Assembly: GCA_043801745.1 (NCBI GenBank) | Contig: JAZDLR010000011.1 | Coordinates: 1 to 63,715, forward strand | Source of the DNA: Candidatus Komeilibacteria bacterium | GTDB taxonomy: Bacteria > Patescibacteriota > Patescibacteriia > UBA1558 > 2-01-FULL-52-15 | Length of the DNA: 63,715 nt | Direction: 5' to 3' | Part shown: piece after piece, positions 26,523 through 36,838 of the stretch | Numbering within the stretch: position 1 is the first letter of the stretch | How the letters are laid out: every line of letters begins with the position of its first letter | The notes under the pieces: model-generated | Seen by the model: only the letters and a program-made list of their open reading frames with translations | Databases searched by the model: none | Told to the model about the DNA's origin: nothing | Made by a program: the position numbers and the translations under genes

Positions 26523-27635
26523 ATGCTGGTAGCAGTTATAACCTTTATCATCGTTTTAGGTCTGCTCGTGTTTGTACACGAGCTTGGCCATTTTATGGCT
26601 GCCCGTCGCTTCGGTATCAAGGTGGAGGAGTTTGGTTTCGGTTTTCCGCCACGGCTGTGGGGCTATAGGCGGGGCGAGACGATTTATAGTCTGAATTGGA
26701 TACCCCTCGGAGGATTCGTAAAAATTCACGGTGAACAGGGGGAGGATAAGACAGCTAGCGATAGTTTTTCCAGCAAAGTGGCCTGGAAAAGAATCGTAGT
26801 CTTGTCGGCGGGAGTTTTGATGAATTTTATTTTTGCCTGGGCTCTGTATGCCGTAGGATTTACCGTCGGTTTGCCCCAGACTTTAAGCGACGAAGATGCG
26901 CAACAACTGAAATTATCCCAGACTCCGGTAATTATTTCGCAAATCATGGAACCTAGTCCGGCTGCAACGGCCGGCCTGAAAATTGGCGATCAAATCAGCG
27001 CGGTGGAAACGGTGACTATTAATAGTATTGCCGAGGCCCAGGAAGCGTTGGGGCTGCGTCAGGACCGGCCTACTATTTTACACATCAAGCGTGGAACAAC
27101 CACCTTGGATATTACAGTTAGACCGGAGATTCTAGCCACCAGCGATCATCCCATTATCGGTGTAGGTTTATCGCGAATTGGTTTTGTACATTATAATGTT
27201 TTAGAAGCTTTGTGGCGGGGTTTGCAGGCCACTGTTAGCATGATCATTGCCATTGTCGTGGCCCTGGCCTGGCTCTTGAAGAACTTATTTACTACTGGTT
27301 CAGTCGGTGCTGATGTGGCCGGGCCTATCGGTGTGGCTGTAATGACCAATCAGGTGGTAAATTTGGGCTGGGCCTATGTAGTAACCTTTGCCGCTGCCTT
27401 GTCAATCAACTTAGGAATAATCAATATTTTACCCTTACCGGCCCTTGATGGTGGGCGAATAATTTTTGTCTTATTAGAAAAAATTAAGGGTAACCCGGTT
27501 AGTGAGAAAGTAGAGGGTTTAATACATAATGTCGGTTTTGGTTTGCTGTTGCTGTTAATGGTGGTGGTTACTTATCACGATATAGTCCGCTACGGCGGTC
27601 AAATTATGCATCGCCTAACAACTATATTTAGTTAA
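26523..27635 (+). CDS. rseP: RIP metalloprotease RseP (site-2 protease)
   Basis: 'HELGHF', a central PDZ domain, 'NILPLPALDGG'. Confidence 0.9.
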   Translation: MLVAVITFIIVLGLLVFVHELGHFMAARRFGIKVEEFGFGFPPRLWGYRRGETIYSLNWIPLGGFVKIHGEQGEDKTASDSFSSKVAWKRIVVLSAGVLMNFIFAWALYAVGFTVGLPQTLSDEDAQQLKLSQTPVIISQIMEPSPAATAGLKIGDQISAVETVTINSIAEAQEALGLRQDRPTILHIKRGTTTLDITVRPEILATSDHPIIGVGLSRIGFVHYNVLEALWRGLQATVSMIIAIVVALAWLLKNLFTTGSVGADVAGPIGVAVMTNQVVNLGWAYVVTFAAALSINLGIINILPLPALDGGRIIFVLLEKIKGNPVSEKVEGLIHNVGFGLLLLLMVVVTYHDIVRYGGQIMHRLTTIFS

Positions 27636-27932
27636 ATGAAGTTTGTCTTAACATCTACCGGGCGCTCGGTTGAGCAGGTGCTTCGCAGTTGGGGTTATTC
27701 GCCCAACAATAGTCGTTCGGATCAGCCTAATTATGTCCGGCGCGTCCGTCCAGGACAGAGTTGGCCGCGTTATCACTTATATCTTAATGAACAGGCCGGT
27801 AATCTATGTTGCGAACTCCATGTTGATCAGAAGGCGGAAACGCGGCATTATAATCCTATCCATGCGCATAACGGCGAATATGATGGCCCCTTAGTTGAAC
27901 AAGAAGTTAATCGATTAAAACAATCACTATGA
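27636..27932 (+). CDS. hypothetical protein, 98 aa
   Basis: The ORF is tightly packed between rseP and proS. I recognise no motif. Confidence 0.5.
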   Translation: MKFVLTSTGRSVEQVLRSWGYSPNNSRSDQPNYVRRVRPGQSWPRYHLYLNEQAGNLCCELHVDQKAETRHYNPIHAHNGEYDGPLVEQEVNRLKQSL

Positions 27933-29200
27933 GTTTAATCAGTCAAGCAAAGTTATTTGGTCATACTCGGAAAGATATTTCTCAGGAGGAAGCCAGCATC
28001 AACGCGCAGTTATTGACGCGAGCGGGTTTTATTGAGAAGAATATGGCCGGAGTTTATTCCTACCTGCCTTTAGGCCTGCGCGTTTTGCGAAAAATTGAAA
28101 ATGTTATCCGCGAAGAAATGAATCGTTTGGGCGGACAAGAAATATTAATGCCGGTTCTGCAGAATAAGGAGGTCTGGAGCCAGACTGGGCGCTGGCAGGA
28201 CTCAATGGGTGGCGTTATGTATAAATTTAAGGATTCGGGCGGTCATGAATTTGGCCTGGGACCGACTCATGAAGAAGTGGTAGTTGACCTGCTAAAACGT
28301 CATGTCAAGTCCTATAAGGATTTACCGCTGTATATCTATCAAATTCAGGATAAATTCCGTGATGAACCACGCGCCAAATCTGGCTTGCTGCGCGGTCGGG
28401 AATTTATTATGAAGGATCTATATTCCTTTACTGCCACGAAAGATGAGAGTGATTCCTTTTACCAGAAAGCTCAGACCGCATATTTTAAAGTTTTTGAGCG
28501 TCTGGGTTTGAAAGCTATTTTAGTTGAAGCCTCCGGTGGCTCAATGAGTAAAAAGCATTCGCATGAGTTTATGGCCGTAACCAAAGCCGGGGAAGATACC
28601 ACCGTGTTTTGTTCGGCTTGTCATTGGGCTCAGAATAAGGAAATAGCCAGCGTCCAAGCTGGTGATGCCTGTCCCAACTGCGGTCAGCCCTTATTGCAGG
28701 AAAAGACCGTTGAATTAGGAAATATTTTTGATCAGGAAACCTATTATACTGAGAAGCTGGGCGCTACTTACACTGCAGCTGACGGTTCGGTTCAGCCAAT
28801 ATATATGGGAGCTTATGGCATTGGCGTGGGCCGGGCCATGGGTACCGTGGTTGAGGCCAGTCATGATGACAAAGGAATCATTTGGCCGGACGAGATTACC
28901 CCGGCGGATATTCACTTGATTTTATTGTCAGAGGATACTAAAGTAGCAGCAATTGGGCAAGGTTTAGCGCAAAAACTGGCCACAAAATACGAGGTTTTGC
29001 TGGATGACCGGATAAGTTCAGTTGGCGCTAAGTTAGCTGATGCTGATCTAATAGGAATTCCGATTCAGCTCATTGTTGGACCTAAAGTCATGCCTCAGGT
29101 TGAATGGAAGCAACGCCACGACGGAGTTGTAACTGTTGTGTCACCAGATGAGGTTATGGCCCTAGCAGATAAATATTATGTTCAAAAAGATATTCGGTAA
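27929..29200 (+). CDS. proS: proline--tRNA ligase
   Basis: 'LGPTHEEV', 'RDEPRAKSGLLRGREFIMKD' and 'GAYGIGVGR'. There is a CxxC...CxxC insert. Confidence 0.9.
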   Translation: MSLISQAKLFGHTRKDISQEEASINAQLLTRAGFIEKNMAGVYSYLPLGLRVLRKIENVIREEMNRLGGQEILMPVLQNKEVWSQTGRWQDSMGGVMYKFKDSGGHEFGLGPTHEEVVVDLLKRHVKSYKDLPLYIYQIQDKFRDEPRAKSGLLRGREFIMKDLYSFTATKDESDSFYQKAQTAYFKVFERLGLKAILVEASGGSMSKKHSHEFMAVTKAGEDTTVFCSACHWAQNKEIASVQAGDACPNCGQPLLQEKTVELGNIFDQETYYTEKLGATYTAADGSVQPIYMGAYGIGVGRAMGTVVEASHDDKGIIWPDEITPADIHLILLSEDTKVAAIGQGLAQKLATKYEVLLDDRISSVGAKLADADLIGIPIQLIVGPKVMPQVEWKQRHDGVVTVVSPDEVMALADKYYVQKDIR

Positions 29201-30230
29201 ATTTTCCAAGGATCTAGGTATCGATCTTGGTACGGCCAATACCTTGGTATATGTCAAAGACCAAGGTATTGTTATCAATGAACCTTCAGTCGTGGCTGTC
29301 AATAACCGGACCGATCAAATTTTAGCTGTTGGTCAGGATGCCAAATTAATGATCGGTAAAACTCCGTCCTACATTACCATTACTCGTCCTATGGTAGACG
29401 GAGTAATTTCAGATTTTGAGGTTACTGAAAAGATGCTACGTTATTTTATTGATAAAGTTCATAAGGAAAGCTTTACCTTAATTCCACGTCCACGTGTTGT
29501 AGTGGCTATACCTTTAGATATTACCGAGGTGGAGCATAAGGCGGTAGAGGATGCTGTTACCAGTGCCGGAGCTCGCGAAGTACTTCTAATTGAGCAACCA
29601 ATTGCGGCAGCTATCGGAGCCGGGCTACAGATTCAGGAAGCAACGGCCAATATGGTGGTGGAAGTTGGTGGTGGCACTACCGAAATTGCCGTGATTTCCT
29701 TGGGGGGTGTGGTTACCTGGCGGTCCTTAAAGCTGGCCGGTGATAAATTTAATGACGCTATTGCTCAGCACATACGTGACAAATATAATTTATTACTGGG
29801 CGATAAGACTGCGGAACGCGTAAAAATCGATGTCGGTAGCGCTATGCCTCTAAAGGAAAAAATTACCACGACAGTACGGGGCCGAGATGCGGTTAGTGGC
29901 TTGCCGCGGGAAATTGAAGTCAGTGATACTGATATCCGTGAAGCTCTAGCTAAACCTTTAAGAATTATTACCGATAGTATTAAGCTAACCATAGAGAATA
30001 CTCCACCTGAGCTGGTAGCTGATTTATATCAGCGTGGACTGGTGCTGTCTGGTGGTGGTGCGCTGCTGCGTTCGCTTGATCGTCTAATTGAGCACGAAAC
30101 CAAGATTCCGGTGCATATCACCAATGACCCCTTAACCAGTGTAGTACGCGGCACCGGTGTTGTTCTAGAGGAATTTGATGCTTTACGTCAAATATTATTG
30201 CCATCAACGCGTGATGGTGCCTGGAAATAA
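29178..30230 (+). CDS. mreB: rod shape-determining protein MreB
   Basis: 'LGIDLGTANT' and 'VVEVGGGTTEIAVISLGG'. Confidence 0.9.
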   Translation: MFKKIFGKFSKDLGIDLGTANTLVYVKDQGIVINEPSVVAVNNRTDQILAVGQDAKLMIGKTPSYITITRPMVDGVISDFEVTEKMLRYFIDKVHKESFTLIPRPRVVVAIPLDITEVEHKAVEDAVTSAGAREVLLIEQPIAAAIGAGLQIQEATANMVVEVGGGTTEIAVISLGGVVTWRSLKLAGDKFNDAIAQHIRDKYNLLLGDKTAERVKIDVGSAMPLKEKITTTVRGRDAVSGLPREIEVSDTDIREALAKPLRIITDSIKLTIENTPPELVADLYQRGLVLSGGGALLRSLDRLIEHETKIPVHITNDPLTSVVRGTGVVLEEFDALRQILLPSTRDGAWK

Positions 30231-30233
30231 TTT

Positions 30234-30956
30234 ATGCCCCGACAGCGAATTACATTAATTGCCTCGTCGGTATTGGTTCTAGCTGCCTTGCTCTTGGGTA
30301 ATCAACTGGTGATTTTGCCTTCCTGGCGCTGGCTTTATCAATGGGAAGCCTTAGCCAAAACAGCAACACCGACTGACCAAGAGCAAACTCTAGCCACCTT
30401 GTCCTTACAGGTTGCTGCTTTGCAGCAGTCCCGCAAAGAAAATGATTCCTTGCGAGATTTGCTTAAATTTTATACTCAAAGGCAATATCACTATCAAATT
30501 GGTTACCTTATTAGTCGTGATCAATTTAATAATAATTTAGTAACAATTGATCTTGGGTCGGCCAACGGTATCCGCCTGGGGCAACCGCTGGTTGTCAAAC
30601 AAGGAATTATTATCGGCAAAATCATCAGGGTCGATGAGCACAAAGCAGTAGCGGAACTACTGACCAGTGAATTTAGCAAGTTGCCGGTAACAACTGCCAG
30701 CCTCAGGGAAACGTCAGGACTTCTGGTTGGAAGTTTAGGCAACACTTTGCGTTTACAATTCATTCCTACACAGACGGGACTAAAAGAACGGGAGTTGATT
30801 GTTACCTCTGGTCTCGAAAATGAAATTCCGGCCGGGTTGGTTGTCGGCACGGTAGAACGTATTGAATCTCCGGCTTCAGAGGTTTATAAACAGGCTGATA
30901 TCAAACCCATTATAGACTATCAGCAGACCACCATAATTTCGGTAATCACGGAATAA
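30234..30956 (+). CDS. mreC: rod shape-determining protein MreC
   Basis: N-terminal TM, coiled coil, 'IPAGLVVGTV'; located between mreB and mreD. Confidence 0.8.
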   Translation: MPRQRITLIASSVLVLAALLLGNQLVILPSWRWLYQWEALAKTATPTDQEQTLATLSLQVAALQQSRKENDSLRDLLKFYTQRQYHYQIGYLISRDQFNNNLVTIDLGSANGIRLGQPLVVKQGIIIGKIIRVDEHKAVAELLTSEFSKLPVTTASLRETSGLLVGSLGNTLRLQFIPTQTGLKERELIVTSGLENEIPAGLVVGTVERIESPASEVYKQADIKPIIDYQQTTIISVITE

Positions 30957-30957
30957 T

Positions 30958-31440
30958 ATGCGGTTTATCTACCTGGCCGCAGGCTTAGCGGCGGTGTTAG
31001 TGCAAGCCGCCTTACTCGATGGAACCAGTTGGAGCTTTTTAGCGCTACCGTTACTAGTCGCTCTGATAGCGTATTTACGACGCGGGTTTGCTGCTTCAAT
31101 AACCATCAGCGTCATAACTATGTGGCTGTGGGACATCCATGCTTTTACTTTCGGTTTGCGCGCCGCAGCTTTATTACTGACCTTGATGCTGGTGCATTTG
31201 TTAAAGATTATGATTTTGTCACCGACCAAGTGGTTGAGTCTTGTCACTTTAAGTGCCGCCGGCGTTTTACTGTATCAGCTATGGATGTTACTGGGTTCGG
31301 CTGTCATTCTGGGGTGGCACTATTATTTTAACCTTACTCCGGTTATTTGGTATGGTCTTGCTAGTTGTATTTTGGCTGGTTTACTCTGTGCCCTTTTTTA
31401 TTACTTAGCTGAGCGGTATCATACTATAGTTAAACGATGA
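30958..31440 (+). CDS. mreD: rod shape-determining protein MreD
   Basis: 160-aa polytopic membrane protein in the canonical mreBCD position. Confidence 0.7.
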   Translation: MRFIYLAAGLAAVLVQAALLDGTSWSFLALPLLVALIAYLRRGFAASITISVITMWLWDIHAFTFGLRAAALLLTLMLVHLLKIMILSPTKWLSLVTLSAAGVLLYQLWMLLGSAVILGWHYYFNLTPVIWYGLASCILAGLLCALFYYLAERYHTIVKR

Positions 31441-33326
31441 TTAATGATCCCTTCAAAATCAAGGATAGTTTATTCCGGGCCAGTCATATAAAAAATTTCA
31501 ATGCTGACCGGACCGAGGGTGACGCTGTTTTTTTTAGCTACAGCGCTTCCTGGATCGGCAAAAGCCTGCGACATTATACGGTCTGGTTATTTTATGGTTT
31601 GGTGCTGGCCATATTTTTCATTTTAATCGGTCGAGCCGTTACGCTGCAATTATTTATGGGTCATAATTTTGTCCGCTTGGCTGAGGGTAATCGTTTAAAG
31701 GGGGTCATCGCCCGCGCACCGCGGGGGATAATTTATGACCGGAATGGTAAACCCTTGGTGTATAACAGCTCCTTGTTTTCCTTATATCTTCACCCCTCGT
31801 CGCTGCCCCAAAACTTAATTGACAGGCAATCAGTGTTAGATCAAATTGCCGCAATTATTGGTACTTCAGATTGGAAGACTGATGTCAGATTACAGGGACA
31901 GCAGCCATTACTTATTGGGGAGAAGTTACCCTATGACCAAGCTTTAAAACTATCGGCCTTGTCACGCACTTTGCCCGCCATTGATGTTTCTCTGGAACCG
32001 AGCCGACAATACTTGACGGGCTTAGGCTTATCACACGTTATTGGTTATGTGGGTCAATTATCTGATCAAGATGCCAAAAATCCCGACTATCGTAATTATG
32101 CCTATAATGATGTAATTGGTAAGGCCGGTCTGGAAGCTCAATATGAAAAGTGGCTCAAAGGCAATAATGGCTATCAAGAATACGAAACTGATGCTGTGGG
32201 ACGTGAAATTGCCCTGGCTTCATCTTTAAACCCCACCAAAGGTTGGGATATTTATTCCACCATCGATTTAGCTATACAGAAAAAGCTGTTTACTGCTCTG
32301 TCAACAATTAGCCGTGATTACGGTAAAACCCGTTCTGCGGGCATTGTTATGAATCCGGAAACTGGAGCAATTTTAGCCGCCGTTTCTCTACCTGATTACG
32401 ACGACAATGTCTTTAGTTCCCGCCTAACACAAGATACCTTTCAGAGCCTGATTACTGATCCGAATAAGCCTTTATTTAACCGTTTCATTTCTGGGGAATA
32501 TCCTCCGGGATCAACTTTTAAAATTATTATGGCCTCGGCGGCACTGCAGGAAAAAATGATTGATGACACTTTTACTGTACTCAGTACGGGCGGTTTGCAT
32601 ATTGGCAATGCATTTTTTCCCGACTGGAGACCGGCGGGACATGGTTTAACTAATATTTATCACGCGCTGGCTGACTCAGTTAATACTTTTTTCTATATTA
32701 TTGGTGGCGGCGATGGTAAAAATATTGGCGGTTTGGGTGTGGCCCGGATTAATAAATATGCCCGATTATTTGGCCTGGGACAACCCAGTGGTGTTGATTT
32801 GCCCAATGAAGCCGATGGTTTTGTACCGACTGAGGATTGGAAATTGACAACCAAGGGGGAACGCTGGTATTTGGGCGATACCTACAATATTTCCATTGGC
32901 CAAGGAGATATTACTCTGACCCCTTTACAAATGGCACACTATACTTCTATACTTGCTTCAAGTGGCCGCGATACGCAGCCCCATTTTTTTGGGAAATCAG
33001 AAGCCACTCTGCCATTACCACAATGGCGTAATACCCAGGTTTCCTGGCTGTCACCCGAAACGATTAATATTGTCCGCCAAGGCTTAAGAGATACTGTTAC
33101 CAAAGGCAGCGCCACCAGTTTGCAGAGCGTTTCCGTTGCTGTGGCCGGTAAGACAGGCACAGCACAATTCAACAAAAATAAAACCCCTCACTCCTGGTTT
33201 ACTGGTTTTGCTCCCTATAATAATCCCGAGCTGGTTGTCACTATTTTAGTGGAAGAAGGTGGCGATCAAGGTTACGCGGTAAAGGCCAGCCGATTATTTT
33301 TAGAATCATATTTTAATCATTGGTAA
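31437..33326 (+). CDS. mrdA: penicillin-binding protein 2 (transpeptidase)
   Basis: SxxK 'GSTFK', 'ADSVN' and 'KTGTA'. Confidence 0.9.
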   Translation: MINDPFKIKDSLFRASHIKNFNADRTEGDAVFFSYSASWIGKSLRHYTVWLFYGLVLAIFFILIGRAVTLQLFMGHNFVRLAEGNRLKGVIARAPRGIIYDRNGKPLVYNSSLFSLYLHPSSLPQNLIDRQSVLDQIAAIIGTSDWKTDVRLQGQQPLLIGEKLPYDQALKLSALSRTLPAIDVSLEPSRQYLTGLGLSHVIGYVGQLSDQDAKNPDYRNYAYNDVIGKAGLEAQYEKWLKGNNGYQEYETDAVGREIALASSLNPTKGWDIYSTIDLAIQKKLFTALSTISRDYGKTRSAGIVMNPETGAILAAVSLPDYDDNVFSSRLTQDTFQSLITDPNKPLFNRFISGEYPPGSTFKIIMASAALQEKMIDDTFTVLSTGGLHIGNAFFPDWRPAGHGLTNIYHALADSVNTFFYIIGGGDGKNIGGLGVARINKYARLFGLGQPSGVDLPNEADGFVPTEDWKLTTKGERWYLGDTYNISIGQGDITLTPLQMAHYTSILASSGRDTQPHFFGKSEATLPLPQWRNTQVSWLSPETINIVRQGLRDTVTKGSATSLQSVSVAVAGKTGTAQFNKNKTPHSWFTGFAPYNNPELVVTILVEEGGDQGYAVKASRLFLESYFNHW

Positions 33327-33331
33327 TTATT

Positions 33332-33790
33332 ATGTACGATGAAATTGTTTTGTCGCCGCAAGGCCGACGTAATTTAGAAAAAGAGCTCGACGATTTGAAA
33401 AAAAATCGCCGCCGTCAAGTTGCTGAACGCATCAGCATAGCCAAGGAATTTGGCGATTTGTCTGAAAACGCCGAATACCACGAAGCTAAGGAGGAACAAG
33501 CCTTTATCGAAGGCCGCATTATTGAATTAGAGCATATATTGAAGGTTGGGCGGGTGGTCGATCAGTCGGCTTCGAAAGCGGTCAATGTTGGTTCCACCGT
33601 CCACTTAACTAGAGATGGCAAAGACTTAACAATTGAACTAGTAGGGGCAACAGAGGCTGATCCCACGAACGGAAAAATCTCCATAGACTCGCCCTTGGGC
33701 CAAGCCATTTTTGACTTAACGGTTAAAGATGAGTTTGATCTTCGGACTCCGGCTGGTTTAAGTCACTATCGAATTGAAAAAATCGTCTGA
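33332..33790 (+). CDS. greA: transcription elongation factor GreA
   Basis: 'GDLSENAEYHEAKEEQ'. The ATG at 33332 follows the mrdA stop. Confidence 0.9.
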   Translation: MYDEIVLSPQGRRNLEKELDDLKKNRRRQVAERISIAKEFGDLSENAEYHEAKEEQAFIEGRIIELEHILKVGRVVDQSASKAVNVGSTVHLTRDGKDLTIELVGATEADPTNGKISIDSPLGQAIFDLTVKDEFDLRTPAGLSHYRIEKIV

Positions 33791-34803
33791 TGTTTATCAA
33801 AAAAATCGCCATTGATTTAGGAACCACGACCACGCTCGTTGCTTTGCCACGGCGCGGTATTATTATCAATGAGCCATCTGTAGTGGCGATTTCTGTTATA
33901 GATAAAAAGGTTTTGGCAGTCGGGGACGAGGCCAAAGAAATGATCGGCCGTACCCCCGATACGATTGTTGCTTGCCGTCCGCTGAAGGATGGCGTAATAG
34001 CTGATTACCGCACCACCGAAAGCATGCTTAAATATTTTATCGGTAAAGCTACTAGTGGCTTACGATTATTCCGGCCTGAAGTTATGATTGCCGTACCAGC
34101 GGGGATAACCTCGACCGAACGCCGGGCGGTGATTGATGCCACTATGAATGCCGGTGCTCGGGCGGCCTATATAATAAAGGAACCAATTGCCGCTGCTATT
34201 GGAGCCGATATACCCATTGGTTCAGCTTCTGGCCATATGATTGTTGACATGGGTGGCGGCACCTCAGAGATCGCCGTTATTTCCTTGGGTGGGCTTGTTG
34301 CTAACACGTCAGTACGTGTTGGCGGCAACAAATTAGATGTAGCTATCATGGAGTTTATCAAGCGTAAATATAATATGGCAATCGGGGAACGTACGGCGGA
34401 AGATTTAAAAATTCGTATTGGCTCCGCCCAGTACTTACCTAAGGGTGAGAAGTTAGAGATGGAGGCTAAAGGTCGCGACTTAATTAGCGGTTTGCCGCGG
34501 ACAATACGGGTTACTTCGGACGATATTACTGATGCCCTGCAAAATGAGCTGCAGGGAATAATCAATGCCGTAAAATCTGTACTGCATAAAACTCCTCCCG
34601 AACTCGCCGCGGATGTTATCGATAAAGGCATGGTTTTATCTGGCGGCACCTCCTTATTGCGCAATATGGATAAACTACTCGCTCAGGCAACGGGTGTCCC
34701 AGCAATGAATGCCGATGAGGGTCCTTTGTGTGTTTGTAAGGGTACGGTAATTGCCCTAGAAAACTTGGATAGTTATAAGCGCAGCATCTTGTCAGCGCGC
34801 TAA
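33790..34803 (+). CDS. mreB: second MreB/Mbl paralog
   Basis: 'AIDLGTTTT' and 'IVDMGGGTSEIAVISLGG'. Confidence 0.85.
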   Translation: MFIKKIAIDLGTTTTLVALPRRGIIINEPSVVAISVIDKKVLAVGDEAKEMIGRTPDTIVACRPLKDGVIADYRTTESMLKYFIGKATSGLRLFRPEVMIAVPAGITSTERRAVIDATMNAGARAAYIIKEPIAAAIGADIPIGSASGHMIVDMGGGTSEIAVISLGGLVANTSVRVGGNKLDVAIMEFIKRKYNMAIGERTAEDLKIRIGSAQYLPKGEKLEMEAKGRDLISGLPRTIRVTSDDITDALQNELQGIINAVKSVLHKTPPELAADVIDKGMVLSGGTSLLRNMDKLLAQATGVPAMNADEGPLCVCKGTVIALENLDSYKRSILSAR

Positions 34804-34840
34804 TATTGACAATTTTTATAGATTATAGTACTTATTAACT

Positions 34841-35446
34841 GCTTTCTGCGGTTAGACGATCGCCCCGCACCACTCGCTTTGTTCGACTAAATAGTTATTT
34901 TGCGACTTAGAGTAAAGCAAGCGCGCTAGTCTTGAACTCGAATCAGGCGAGTGGTGCGGAGAGGAAAGTCCGAACACCGTAAAAATGGTAGTTGATAACG
35001 TCAACCTAGCCCATTGGGCTAAGGACAAGTGCAACAGAAAATATACCGCCTACCTTCGCTCACCAGAGGTGAGCTTCGGCAGGCAGGCCCCGCTTTCCTT
35101 GGTGGATAGTTGAGGGCTTGCCCACCGTAGCTCGCTTACGGCGAGCGCAGGTGGGTAAGGGTGAAATCGTGCCGCCCTCCGCTCATTCGAGCTTCGGGCG
35201 GTCCCCCGAAACTTTATTGTGGAGGGGGAAAGTAAGAGCTCACGCGTTCCGGCGGTGACGCCGGAAAAGAGGTAAACTCTACCTGGTGCAAGGCCGAATA
35301 GGTTCCCGAACCCCGAGTTAATCGAGGGGTCGAGGGACGGGTAGGCCGCTTGATTTTGGTGGCAACACCGAAACTAGATAGATGATCGTTGCTTTGCTCA
35401 GTTTCTGGGCAGAGATACAGAATTCGGCTTACAAGCCGCAGAAAGC
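34841..35446 (+). ncRNA. rnpB: RNase P RNA, bacterial type A, expanded (~606 nt)
   Basis: P4 5' strand 'GAGGAAAGTCCGAAC'. Also 'GGTAAGGGTGAAA', 'GTAAGAGCTCACG', 'GGTAAACTCTACCTGGTGCAAGGCCGAATAGG' and 'ACAGAATTCGGCTTA'. P1 pairs GCTTTCTGCGG (34841-34851) with CCGCAGAAAGC (35436-35446). Confidence 0.9.
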
Positions 35447-36838
35447 ATGAAACGTTTTGATTATATCTTCAGTATAATTCAGGTACCGCTAGATTATGTT
35501 TTGCTAATTACAGCCGGTTTAGCTAGTTACTCTTTACGCTATCAGGGACTGGTGACGCAACTGCGGCCGGTTTTTTTTGATGTCGCCTACAATGATTACG
35601 TTCGGCTGCTTTTTGGCGTCGGCCTTATTGGGACTCTAGTTTTTGCCTGGACTGGACTTTACCGGTCTGAACGGGCTCTGCGTCCGGCGGAGGAGTTCCG
35701 TAAAGTCTTTCTGGCGGTATCTACTACACTTTTAATCGTAGTTATTGCTATTTTTTTACGGCGTGAGTTATTTTCCTCCCGCTTCATTATTTTATTGGCT
35801 TGGATTTTCGCCGTAATTTTTGTTTATTGCGGCCGGGTAGTTTTACGGCTTGTGAAGGGACAAATAATTAGCCGCGGTCCTTGGTGTTATGCTATTGCCT
35901 TAATTGGTCAGGGTGAAGTTTTACGCCTAGTAAAAGAATATTATCAGACTCGTCGCTATCTAGGATATCGAGTGCAGACAGTTGTCCCTGATTTTTCGCC
36001 AGATTCGCGTCAACAGCTGGAGCAACTAGCACAGACGAATTCACTGGATGAATTAGTACAGCTGCGGACTGATTTTAGCGAGCAGCAGACTGAGGAGATT
36101 ATTACTTTCTGCAACAGCCACCAGATTAACTTGCTTTATCTGGCCAGCTTCGTGCAGACACAGCTAATAAATTACGAAGTAATTAATGTCGCCGGCTATC
36201 CGATCATAAGAGTCAAAAGAACACCGCTTGACGGCTGGGGTAGGGTAGCTAAGCGATTATTTGATATTGTGATAGCCAGTCTACTGTTAATAATCCTATC
36301 GCCGCTTGGTCTAGTTTTAATGCTGATCATCCGCTTTGATTCAGCCGGCCCGCTGATATTTTCTTCAACTCGTGTCGGTCAAAAAAATAAAAGTTTTAAA
36401 GTATATAAATTTCGTTCTATGGTTGTTGGCGCTGATAGCTTAAAGCAGGAGCTCACGGCTTATAACGAGCGACCGGATGGTCCCTTATTTAAGATGAGCC
36501 ATGATCCCCGCATAACTAAAAGCGGAAAATGGCTGCGCCGCAGCAGTTTAGACGAATTACCGCAATTATGGAACGTAATTAAGGGTGAAATGAGCTTAGT
36601 CGGTCCCAGACCCCACGAACCAGAAGAAGTTTCCCGTTATACCAGTCAGTACCGTAAATTATTGACGCTTAAACCGGGCATGACCGGTGCCGCCCAGGTT
36701 TCGGGGCGATCTACTTTGACTTTTGATGAAGAGGCGCGACTGGATATTTATTATATTGAAAATTGGTCGCTGTGGCAGGATATAAAAATTTTGGCCCGCA
36801 CACCAGCGGCTGTAATTAATTACCACACCGCCGCCTAA
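35447..36838 (+). CDS. polyprenyl-phosphate glycosyl-1-phosphate (sugar) transferase, WbaP/WcaJ-like
   Basis: 'LDELPQLWNVIKGEMSLVGPRP' with N-terminal TM helices. Confidence 0.85.
   Translation: MKRFDYIFSIIQVPLDYVLLITAGLASYSLRYQGLVTQLRPVFFDVAYNDYVRLLFGVGLIGTLVFAWTGLYRSERALRPAEEFRKVFLAVSTTLLIVVIAIFLRRELFSSRFIILLAWIFAVIFVYCGRVVLRLVKGQIISRGPWCYAIALIGQGEVLRLVKEYYQTRRYLGYRVQTVVPDFSPDSRQQLEQLAQTNSLDELVQLRTDFSEQQTEEIITFCNSHQINLLYLASFVQTQLINYEVINVAGYPIIRVKRTPLDGWGRVAKRLFDIVIASLLLIILSPLGLVLMLIIRFDSAGPLIFSSTRVGQKNKSFKVYKFRSMVVGADSLKQELTAYNERPDGPLFKMSHDPRITKSGKWLRRSSLDELPQLWNVIKGEMSLVGPRPHEPEEVSRYTSQYRKLLTLKPGMTGAAQVSGRSTLTFDEEARLDIYYIENWSLWQDIKILARTPAAVINYHTAA

Noticed and set aside
34852-35034. 60-aa minus-strand ORF
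   Set aside because: It lies entirely inside the RNase P RNA gene.
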